This document shows positions 17,135 through 25,041 of a stretch of 25,165 bases of DNA, piece by piece. This DNA is from an uncultured bacterium (lineage in GTDB: Bacteria > Bacteroidota > Bacteroidia > NS11-12g > UBA9320): assembly GCA_963932895.1 (NCBI GenBank), contig CAWVTO010000001.1:1-25165 (forward strand), in the 5' to 3' direction. The position numbers and the translations under genes were made by a program. Position 1 is the stretch's first letter. Every line of letters begins with the position of its first letter. The notes below the pieces were generated by a model, which saw only the letters and a list, made by a program, of their open reading frames with translations, made no database searches and was not told the DNA's origin.

Positions 17135-18612
17135 TGAGCCACTATCAAATACTTGGGATACTGCTTGCATACTTTGGTGTACTTATATTAATCTCTTGGT
17201 TATCAGGTAAAAATAGTGACGCAACTTCATTCTATACTGGGAACAAAAAATCACCTTGGTTTCTAGTGGCATTTGGTATGATAGGGGCTTCACTCTCCGG
17301 GGTAACATTTCTAAGTGTACCCGGCTGGGTAGCCAATACCCACTTTGGGTACATGCAGACGGTATTCGGATACATGGTCGGCTACCTTATTATAGCTCAA
17401 GTACTTATTCCATTGTATTACAAACAAAACCTAACCTCTATATACACCTACTTGCAGACCAGATTTGGCTTGGTCTCCTACAAAACAGGAGCAGCTTACT
17501 TCTTGCTTAGCAGAATTATAGGAGCTTCTTTTCGGTTATTTCTTGTAGCAGGAGTGCTGCATACCGTCGTATTTGAACCGTTCAATATTCCGTATTGGGG
17601 AGCAGTGGCAATTACCATACTACTCATATTTACCTACACTGCAAAAAACGGTATCAAAACAGTCGTATATACGGATGCACTACAGACCTTCTTTTTAGTC
17701 GCTGCGGTTATACTTACTATCGTATTTATTGTACAAGAACTGGATTGGTCTATGGCTGAAACAGTCAGCAATCTTATGGCCGACCCCAATACACAGATTT
17801 TCCATTTTGAAGGTAATGGAGCCAATGTATTCTGGAAACAGTTTCTGGGCGGAGCTTTTATAGCTCTAGCCATGACGGGGCTGGACCAAGATATGATGCA
17901 GAAGAATCTGAGTATCAAAAACGTACGTGGAGCACAAAAAAACATCTACATACAGATGGTAATGTTCATTGTGGTCAATATCATATTCCTTAGTCTCGGA
18001 GCACTGCTTTACCAATATGTAGACATTCAGGAAATCACGGGAATACAAAAAAGCGACCGATTGTTCACAGTAATAGCCATGCAGCACGCTACACCTCTGG
18101 TGGGCGTCTTCTTTATTATAGGTTTGGTAGCTGCGGCCTATAGTAGTGCAGATAGTGCTCTTACGGCACTTACAACCAGTTTTTGTGTAGACTTCTTAGG
18201 GTTTGAACGCACCAAGCCAACGAACATTACAACGCGGAGATTTGTGCACATAGGATTTGCCGTTATTCTCTTTTTTACTATATTGCTGTTCAATAACTTA
18301 AATAACGGTGCTGTAATCAAAGAGCTATTTAGAGCTGCAGGATTTACCTACGGACCACTCTTGGGCCTTTTCTCTTTTGGGATATTAACCAAAAAACGTG
18401 TGCAAGATAAAGGTGTTTTAGCTATCACCTTGTTGTCAATAGGACTCACGGCACTCTACTTTTATGGTATGCCGAATATAATAGAAGGTTTTGAACCGGG
18501 ATTTGAACTCATAATAATAAATGGAAGCATTACCTTCGTTCTGCTTTGGATAAATAGTCTATTTACAACTCAACAAACAACCATACAACATGACAGAAAA
18601 ATCAAACAATAG
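17134..18612 (+). CDS. Sodium:solute symporter (SSS family), substrate unknown
   Basis: FYTGNKKSPWFLVAFGMIGASLSGVTFLSVPG, YLQTRFG, GIKTVVYTDALQT, MTGLDQDMMQKNL, AAAYSSADSALTAL; many hydrophobic segments. TAATG overlap with the autolysin. Confidence 0.93.
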   Translation: MSHYQILGILLAYFGVLILISWLSGKNSDATSFYTGNKKSPWFLVAFGMIGASLSGVTFLSVPGWVANTHFGYMQTVFGYMVGYLIIAQVLIPLYYKQNLTSIYTYLQTRFGLVSYKTGAAYFLLSRIIGASFRLFLVAGVLHTVVFEPFNIPYWGAVAITILLIFTYTAKNGIKTVVYTDALQTFFLVAAVILTIVFIVQELDWSMAETVSNLMADPNTQIFHFEGNGANVFWKQFLGGAFIALAMTGLDQDMMQKNLSIKNVRGAQKNIYIQMVMFIVVNIIFLSLGALLYQYVDIQEITGIQKSDRLFTVIAMQHATPLVGVFFIIGLVAAAYSSADSALTALTTSFCVDFLGFERTKPTNITTRRFVHIGFAVILFFTILLFNNLNNGAVIKELFRAAGFTYGPLLGLFSFGILTKKRVQDKGVLAITLLSIGLTALYFYGMPNIIEGFEPGFELIIINGSITFVLLWINSLFTTQQTTIQHDRKIKQ

Positions 18613-19300
18613 AATCAAACAGGCCTTCGAAAACAAAGATTGGCCAGAGATAAAAAGCTCCAATAGCTGGAATATTTTCAAAGTAATGTCTGAATTTGTA
18701 GAAGGCTACGATACCTTAGCACAAATAGGACCCTGCGTTTCGGTATTTGGATCTGCGAGGACTAAACCCGGTACTCCCTACTATGAAATGGCTGTAGAGG
18801 TTGGTCAAAAACTAGCTGCTGCAGGTCTAGGAGTGATTACGGGAGGTGGCCCAGGTATAATGGAAGCAGGGAACAAAGGTGCTAGCCAAGAAAAAGGTGC
18901 TTCGGTGGGTCTTAACATTGATCTCCCTTTTGAACAAAGCTCCAATCCATATATAGACCCTGATAAGAACATAGATTTCAAATTTTTCTTTGTACGAAAA
19001 GTGATGTTTATGAAGTATGCTCAAGGATTCATCGTTCTTCCTGGCGGTTTCGGGACACTAGATGAGCTTTTTGAAGCACTTACACTCGTACAAACGCAGA
19101 AAACGGCTAAGTTCCCCATCATACTAGTAGGCGAAAAATTCTGGGGTGGAATGATAGACTGGATTAAAAACACAATGCTCTCTGAAGGGAACATTAGTCC
19201 AGACGATTTACACCTTTTCAAACTGGTAGATACGGCTGACGAAGCTGTTAATGAAATATTTGATTTCTATAGTAAATACAGTATGAGCTTAAATTTCTAA
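18590..19300 (+). CDS. LOG family (TIGR00730-type) nucleotide 5'-monophosphate phosphoribohydrolase
   Basis: VSVFGSART, ITGGGPGIMEAGNKGA, GLNIDLPFEQ..NPY, FFVRKVMF, PGGFGTLDELFE. Confidence 0.92.
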   Translation: MTEKSNNRIKQAFENKDWPEIKSSNSWNIFKVMSEFVEGYDTLAQIGPCVSVFGSARTKPGTPYYEMAVEVGQKLAAAGLGVITGGGPGIMEAGNKGASQEKGASVGLNIDLPFEQSSNPYIDPDKNIDFKFFFVRKVMFMKYAQGFIVLPGGFGTLDELFEALTLVQTQKTAKFPIILVGEKFWGGMIDWIKNTMLSEGNISPDDLHLFKLVDTADEAVNEIFDFYSKYSMSLNF

Positions 19301-19312
19301 TTTCGTACGCAA

Positions 19313-19840
19313 ATGAAGAAAGTACTTTTTATACTAACCGTGGCTGCAATGTTTGCAGCTTGTAACGAAGATTCAACTACACCAGGCACCAAAACAGGCA
19401 CAACAAATAGTGCTTCTATGGTAGGCAACTGGAATTTTACAAAACTTGTTCAGGCTAATGGAAGAATTCTAATAGCAGGACAGGAGATCTCTACTTTCAC
19501 TTCAGAGAGTAGCGATGAGAACGGGAATATCCAATTTACAGAAGAAGGTCAGTTCGGTTCCAATTTTGGCTACAAGAGTTCTATATCTACGCTTACTGCC
19601 GGAATACCTAGTTCTAATGAGGAACAAGTACCTCCTACGGCTCTCGGAGGCACATACGAGCACAATACGACAGCTGGCACATTTACGATAACTGCCATTA
19701 GCGGAGAGGTTACACTAGCAACTATAAATGAGCTCACAAGTTCAAGGCTGGTATACACTGCCAAGCTAAATCGCTCTGTGACCAATCTAGGTATCACCAC
19801 TACAACAACATCAGACGTAACTACTACTTTCACCAAGTAG
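19313..19840 (+). CDS. Lipocalin-like / beta-barrel lipoprotein, Thr-rich
   Basis: Lipobox FAA-C17 followed by acidic NEDS; MVGNWNF (GxW lipocalin-like motif); alternating beta-strand pattern. Confidence 0.75.
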   Translation: MKKVLFILTVAAMFAACNEDSTTPGTKTGTTNSASMVGNWNFTKLVQANGRILIAGQEISTFTSESSDENGNIQFTEEGQFGSNFGYKSSISTLTAGIPSSNEEQVPPTALGGTYEHNTTAGTFTITAISGEVTLATINELTSSRLVYTAKLNRSVTNLGITTTTTSDVTTTFTK

Positions 19841-19861
19841 CATTAAGTCGCAAATTTATCT

Positions 19862-19894
19862 AAAGCACACATCCAACGGGTGTGTGCTTTTTTT
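19862..19894 (+). terminator. Rho-independent terminator
   Basis: AAAGCACACATCC-aac-GGGTGTGTGCTTT stem (one G-T pair) with a 7-T run, 21 nt after the lipoprotein stop. Confidence 0.85.
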
Positions 19895-20120
19895 GTGTAA
19901 TCTGATTCTGGTGCATCATAAGACGTGATTATTCATATAGAGTACTAAACCACTAAAGCATATGGAATCAGCAGACCTATTACTCCTTCTTATCATTCGC
20001 AATAAAACGTATCCTAATGTAAAAAATTACGCGTTGTCGCTTGCACTTTATCAAAATTATATTCCAAGTCTTCGGGAGTTTTCAAATATGAATGCAACTT
20101 TGCATCACTAAAATCAGCCA

Positions 20121-21467
20121 ATGACCAATCTACAAGATACCATCACTGCCCCAGCTACACCGGCGGGCGTTTCAGCCTTAGCCGTAGTGCGTGTTTCTGG
20201 TAAAGATTCCATATCTATCGTAAACAAGTGCTTTAGTAAAAACATAGCACAGGCAGATGGCTACACTATACACTATGGCCACATCGTAGACGGTGACACT
20301 CGCATAGACGAGGTTCTTGCAAGCGTTTTCCGTAATCCGCATTCCTACACAGGAGAGGATTCGGTAGAGATATCAGGTCACGGTTCGCCCTATATTACCC
20401 GCCGTATTATAGAAACCTTGTTGAAAAATGGTGCTCGTATGGCCGAGCCGGGAGAGTTCACTATGCGTGCCTTTCTCAATCAGAAACTGGACCTAGTTCA
20501 GGCAGAAGCTGTAGCAGATATGATCAGTAGCAATAGTGAAGCCAGCCTTCAGATGGCTCTTAATCAAATGCGTGGCGGTTTCAGTAAGGACATCGCAGTA
20601 CTGCGTCAAGAGTTAATAGACTTTGCAGCACTTATAGAGCTAGAAAATGATTTTGGGGAAGAAGATGTAGAGTTTGCAGACAGAGAAGGACTAAAAAGGC
20701 TTATCGCTAAGCTGCTCACACAAATAGAAAAATTACGCAGTTCTTTTGCTTCAGGAAATGTCTTAAAAAACGGCATAAGTACTGTCATAGCAGGCAAGCC
20801 AAATGCAGGAAAAAGCACACTACTCAATGCTCTACTAAATGAAGATCGAGCCATAGTCTCTGACATTGCAGGAACTACCAGAGATACTATTGAAGAAGTT
20901 TTTACGCTCAACGGCATACAGTTTAGGTTAATAGACACTGCAGGCCTGCGAGAGAGTACAGACACCATAGAGCAGATAGGCGTAGGCAAAACCAAAGAGA
21001 GTATGCGTAAGGCAGAATTGCTCGTTTATCTATTTGATATAAGGAGCACTTCTCCTACTGATTTAGCTACTGAGCTAAAGTTACTCCCTACTATGGAGCA
21101 AACTATACTCGTAGCCAATAAAGCAGAAGAAACAAACCACTCATCGGAAGACTGGCCAGAGAATACCATCTTCATTTCGGCTAAGACCAAGGACATAGAA
21201 CCCCTCATACAGGAACTAGAACGCGTAGCGAGCCTCTACGAACTAGGAAACGAAACCGTGGTAAATAACGCCCGTCATGCAGATGCATTAGGCAAAAGCT
21301 CTGAAGCATTGCAAAAAGTACTCAGTGGACTAGACACAGGCCTGACTAGCGATATGGTAGCTCTCGATATACGCAACGCTCTCTATCAACTGGGACTCAT
21401 CACTGGAGAAGTGACGAACGATGAGGTACTGGATAGCATTTTCACGCGATTCTGTATTGGGAAGTAA
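20121..21467 (+). CDS. mnmE: tRNA uridine-5-carboxymethylaminomethyl(34) synthesis GTPase
   Basis: DTITAPAT, PHSYTGED.VEI..HGS, AEPGEFTMRAFLN.KLDLVQAEAVAD, GKPNAGKSTLLNAL, IAGTTRD, DTAGLR, NKAE, C-terminal FCIGK. Confidence 0.98.
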   Translation: MTNLQDTITAPATPAGVSALAVVRVSGKDSISIVNKCFSKNIAQADGYTIHYGHIVDGDTRIDEVLASVFRNPHSYTGEDSVEISGHGSPYITRRIIETLLKNGARMAEPGEFTMRAFLNQKLDLVQAEAVADMISSNSEASLQMALNQMRGGFSKDIAVLRQELIDFAALIELENDFGEEDVEFADREGLKRLIAKLLTQIEKLRSSFASGNVLKNGISTVIAGKPNAGKSTLLNALLNEDRAIVSDIAGTTRDTIEEVFTLNGIQFRLIDTAGLRESTDTIEQIGVGKTKESMRKAELLVYLFDIRSTSPTDLATELKLLPTMEQTILVANKAEETNHSSEDWPENTIFISAKTKDIEPLIQELERVASLYELGNETVVNNARHADALGKSSEALQKVLSGLDTGLTSDMVALDIRNALYQLGLITGEVTNDEVLDSIFTRFCIGK

Positions 21468-21608
21468 CCGTCAGATTACATCTTTGATTGTCAAAAAACT
21501 CCAACCCTACCTCTATATTGAGCAAAGAAAAAACTGTTTTCACAGTCGACCAAGGTAAAGGATTACGCTACACAGGATTCATGGTCTTTTATATCTCTTT
21601 AAAACCCA

Positions 21609-21616
21609 TACATTTG
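21609..21616 (+). promoter_or_regulatory. -7 element TACATTTG
   Basis: Exact TAnnTTTG match followed by CACC, 20 nt before ATG 21637. Confidence 0.7.
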
Positions 21617-21636
21617 CACCAACCAAACTAATAACA

Positions 21637-22788
21637 ATGAAATTAAACAAATTATTCCTGCTTTTTGCCGTGTGCGTAAGTAGTATCGTCAATGCCCAAT
21701 CTTCTAAAGAGAAAATAATGTTCTCTTATCAGCAACTTCCTCTTTTCCCAATGTCTGCAGACAAGACATATGATGTAGAAGTGATCTTACCGTATGAAGC
21801 TGAAGTAATCGCTCAAAAAGAAGCAATAGCATCTGAAAACAAACAATTAAAAGAAGATGCTAAACAAGAGAAAAAAGATTACGACAAGAAAAAAGTAGGA
21901 GCAAAATTGGTCGGAAAAGTTCTCTTAGGAGAGTCTAAGCCTACCGGTCGTGCTACGCTTGTAGAGTCTCCTTTTTTTCAAACTATATGGAGTCGTGACG
22001 AATTGAAGTCTAAAATAACCATACCTGGATTAGAACAAAAAATTGGAGCTGCAGCTTCAATAACAGTGTTCATCAATAGATTTAATTATACATACAATGC
22101 TCAGTATAATACTGAAAAGGGGTATTACTACAGAGTGAATGGCATAGGAACAGTTACTATGGAAGCCAAAGACGAAAATGGTGCAGTAGTAAGTAATAAG
22201 ACGTTCTCTGCATCTCAAACAGGAAAAGGAAATGACTTCCAATCTAAATTTTTCAGATCTGAATACGCACGTGATAAGGATTGGAACTTAAACAAAGAAG
22301 CTAAGTTGAGATTTATGGAATCTCAAAAACTTAGAACCAGTATGGCCCAAATGGCTGCTTATTTAAAATCTAACATGGGTTACAACTCTGTAGCCTATAA
22401 AGGAGTAGTATTCACATTCAGAGCTAAGAAACACGATTACACTGCTCTCAACTCAGCATTTCCTACTGCAGTAGAAGTTTACAATATGCTAAACACCTAT
22501 CCACTAGACCAGGATACCAAGGCTAGAATAACTGAAATGAATGAAATCTGGAAAGCAGAAACGGGCAACATAGACGCTGGGAAAAGAAAAGCAAGGATAA
22601 ATGCAGAGGTGGGTGAAGGCTTATACCTCAACCTAGCATTTGCTTGCATCTGGTTAGAAGACTACAGCAAGGCAAACTTGTACTTAGCTAAGTACAAGGT
22701 GCTAGACCCAAAAGGAAGAGACAAAGTATATAAAAGCGTTCAAAAACTGCTAAATGATCAGAAAGCCAGATTTGCTGCAAACCATTAA
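21637..22788 (+). CDS. Uncharacterised secreted protein (Sec signal, helical or TPR-like C-terminus)
   Basis: MKLNKLFLLFAVCVSSIVNA-Q signal; YQQLP..P and KKHDY motifs; helical C-terminus (GLYLNLAFACIWLEDYSKANLYL). Has its own promoter and terminator. Confidence 0.85.
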   Translation: MKLNKLFLLFAVCVSSIVNAQSSKEKIMFSYQQLPLFPMSADKTYDVEVILPYEAEVIAQKEAIASENKQLKEDAKQEKKDYDKKKVGAKLVGKVLLGESKPTGRATLVESPFFQTIWSRDELKSKITIPGLEQKIGAAASITVFINRFNYTYNAQYNTEKGYYYRVNGIGTVTMEAKDENGAVVSNKTFSASQTGKGNDFQSKFFRSEYARDKDWNLNKEAKLRFMESQKLRTSMAQMAAYLKSNMGYNSVAYKGVVFTFRAKKHDYTALNSAFPTAVEVYNMLNTYPLDQDTKARITEMNEIWKAETGNIDAGKRKARINAEVGEGLYLNLAFACIWLEDYSKANLYLAKYKVLDPKGRDKVYKSVQKLLNDQKARFAANH

Positions 22789-22834
22789 TTCTTAAAACGA
22801 TACACCCAAACAGGAAGGCAACTTCCTACAATGC

Positions 22835-22872
22835 AAAAAGCACAATTGATTCAATTCAATTGTGCTTTTTTT
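22835..22872. terminator. Bidirectional rho-independent terminator between convergent genes
   Basis: Perfect 15-bp inverted repeat AAAAAGCACAATTGA-ttcaat-TCAATTGTGCTTTTT, with a T-run on + and an A-run that gives a U-run on -. Confidence 0.9.
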
Positions 22873-22882
22873 GTATCAAAGA

Positions 22883-24121
22883 CTATCCTTTCAGAAACTC
22901 CCGAAAATCTGAGCCTGCTGGATTTTCAAATAATTGTAGATCAAAATAAGGAACCACAGATAGTATATGGTCAAAAATATCGGCCATCACAGTTTCATAT
23001 ACTTTCCATTCTTTGCTTTTGCTAAAGGCGTATACTTCAAGCGGCAGACCTACTTCTGATGAAGGCAATTGCCTCACCATGATCATCATCTCTGTGTTGA
23101 TGTTAGGATTAGCCTGTAGATACTTTTCTACGTACACCTTAAACACCCCAATGTTGGTCATATTACGTCCATTCACTAAGGTAGAGGTATCTATATTATT
23201 CTGGGTATTGTATGCTTCTATTTCTTCTTTCCGCTCCGCGATATAGTCAGATATCAATTCTATTTTTTGAAATCTATCGAGCATTGACTCATCACAAAAG
23301 TCTACAGTATTCAGTTTAATGTAAATTCCTCGTTTTATACGTCGTCCTTGGGACAGTTGCATGCCACGCCAATTGGTAAACGAGTCGGATATGAAAGCAT
23401 AGGTTGGAATAGTTGTTATCGTAAGATCAAAATTTTGGACTTTGATAGTCGTAAGATTTATCTCCAACACATCTCCATCTGCACCATAATTAGGCACAGT
23501 AACCCAGTCTCCTACTTGCACCATATTATTGGCAGACAATTGTATACTCGCTACAAAACCTAGGATACTGTCTTTGAAAACCAACAAAATAACTGCCGCT
23601 ATTGCACCCAAACCACTTAGCAAGAAAATAGGACTTCTGCTTATCATCGTAGAAATAATCAAAATAGCCCCAATACTATAGGTCAATATCTTAGCAAGCT
23701 GAGTAAGACTACCTATCGGCTTATCCTTGTATCGTTCTTTTTGCGATAAAATTTCGTTGATAGAGGTGAAAAATGAAGTGATAATCCATACCGATACTAG
23801 TACTACTATAATATCTGTAGCAGCTACTATATAAGGGAGCACGCCACTAGAAGCATCGAACAGCATGGGTAAAACGTGGTATAAAACTAACGCTGGAATT
23901 AGCGTTGCCAAAGATTGAAGAATGCGTTTATTGAAAATAATATCATCCCATAGAGTGACCGTTTTTGCGGTAAGTTTTGGAATAACAGCAATGAGCGTCT
24001 TTTTGGAAAGCCACCATACTGCTAATACGCCTACCATAGCTATTCCGATTAGAATTGCCGTAGAGGCGATGTCGTTAGTGCCCAGATTAGCTCCTAGCCA
24101 GTGCTTTAAATCAATATCCAT
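22883..24121 (-). CDS. MscS-family mechanosensitive channel, YbdG type
   Basis: LSGLGAIAAVILLVFKDSILGFVASIQL, VGDWVTVP..GADGDV.EINLTTIKVQNFD.TITTIPTY, NWRGMQ...GRRIKR, TNIGVFKVY, MVRQL.....GLPLEVYAF, YETVMADIFDHI. Confidence 0.93.
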   Translation of the reverse strand: MDIDLKHWLGANLGTNDIASTAILIGIAMVGVLAVWWLSKKTLIAVIPKLTAKTVTLWDDIIFNKRILQSLATLIPALVLYHVLPMLFDASSGVLPYIVAATDIIVVLVSVWIITSFFTSINEILSQKERYKDKPIGSLTQLAKILTYSIGAILIISTMISRSPIFLLSGLGAIAAVILLVFKDSILGFVASIQLSANNMVQVGDWVTVPNYGADGDVLEINLTTIKVQNFDLTITTIPTYAFISDSFTNWRGMQLSQGRRIKRGIYIKLNTVDFCDESMLDRFQKIELISDYIAERKEEIEAYNTQNNIDTSTLVNGRNMTNIGVFKVYVEKYLQANPNINTEMMIMVRQLPSSEVGLPLEVYAFSKSKEWKVYETVMADIFDHILSVVPYFDLQLFENPAGSDFREFLKG

Positions 24122-24149
24122 GTTGTGGTTTATTTCGTTTTTGAGTGGC

Positions 24150-24157
24150 CAAAGGTA
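24150..24157 (-). promoter_or_regulatory. -7 element TACCTTTG for the MscS gene
   Basis: Exact TAnnTTTG match 28 nt upstream of ATG 24121. Confidence 0.65.
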
Positions 24158-24225
24158 GACCTTTACCCAAGGTTAAAAGCCTATCCTGCTAATTCAGCAT
24201 TTTTTACGGCTATATTGCCTGCCAT

Positions 24226-24879
24226 ATGTCATTCACCACCGCAATATCAAAATACAGAGTTCCCCTCAAAGAAAACAAATGGCTCATGCTATTCATCGCT
24301 GTTTTTGGAGTCATATGGGCAGACTCATTCATCGGCAATACTGATACGGCTAATTGGGTTTTGGAAAATGTACTGACTTTTGCTTTCATACTTACCTTAA
24401 TAGTAACATACCGCAAGTATCAGTTTAGTACACTTACCTACTTGCTCGTATGCATCTACCTCTGCCTGCACGTATACGGTTCTAAATATACCTATGCGGA
24501 GAATCCATTCGGCTTTTGGCTACAAGACTATCTCGACTTGGGACGTAATCACTACGATAGAATCGTACATTTTAGTTTCGGTTTCCTATTGGCATACCCT
24601 ATGCGAGAAATGTTCCTCAAGGCATTTAATTTTAAGATGTGGGTAGCATGGCTACTTCCTATAGAAATCACGTTATCTATAAGTGCCTTCTACGAGTTGA
24701 TAGAGTGGGCCGTAGCAGATATATTTTTCAAAGCACAAGGCGATGCTTACCTCGGTACGCAAGGAGATATTTGGGATGCACAAAAGGACATATTCCTCGC
24801 ATTTGTAGGAGCTATACTTGCTACCACAATAGTATCTGCCATAAAGAAGGCATTTAATATTTACGAGAAGGAGAATTAA
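24226..24879 (+). CDS. DUF2238 (E. coli YjdF-like) inner membrane protein
   Basis: W.LEN, LHVYGSKYTYAE, RNHYDRIVHFSFG, YELIEW, AYLGTQGDIWDAQKDI. Confidence 0.88.
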   Translation: MSFTTAISKYRVPLKENKWLMLFIAVFGVIWADSFIGNTDTANWVLENVLTFAFILTLIVTYRKYQFSTLTYLLVCIYLCLHVYGSKYTYAENPFGFWLQDYLDLGRNHYDRIVHFSFGFLLAYPMREMFLKAFNFKMWVAWLLPIEITLSISAFYELIEWAVADIFFKAQGDAYLGTQGDIWDAQKDIFLAFVGAILATTIVSAIKKAFNIYEKEN

Positions 24880-24882
24880 TCA

Positions 24883-25041
24883 TTATTCCTCCTCCTCACC
24901 ATCAGTCTCTTCAGTTATAGACTTGGAGCCTTGTCGTTTGCCTATAGAGTAAGACAAGACCATAAGGCCAATTATGACTAAAATCTCCCAGCCGGGGATG
25001 CCAAAGTCTAGCGTAACGCCAAGTGTTCCGAGTATTATCAT
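24883..25041 (-). CDS. Putative 52-aa single-pass membrane microprotein (below the ORF-track cutoff)
   Basis: My translation: MIILGTLGVTLDFGIPGWEILVIIGLMVLSYSIGKRQGSKSITEETDGEEEE*. One TM segment, basic residues after it, acidic tail; stop lies 3 nt from the convergent DUF2238 stop. Confidence 0.6.
   Translation of the reverse strand: MIILGTLGVTLDFGIPGWEILVIIGLMVLSYSIGKRQGSKSITEETDGEEEE

Noticed and set aside
19570-19836. 88-aa Val-rich antisense ORF downstream of the antisense -7 element
   Set aside because: Its Val/Ser richness mirrors the Thr-rich sense codons. Only the possible antisense promoter is kept as a lead.
20092-20105. Palindrome ATGCAA-CT-TTGCAT overlapping a CAACTTTG -7-like element before mnmE
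   Set aside because: Only 6-bp arms, a single occurrence and no regulator nearby; too weak to call an operator.
20606-21208. Antisense ORFs within mnmE (129 aa and 60 aa)
   Set aside because: Shadows of a highly conserved gene.
24122-24225. yjdF riboswitch upstream of the YjdF-like gene
   Set aside because: That RNA motif is tied to the unrelated Bacillus yjdF family; this short gap holds divergent promoters and shows no such structure.
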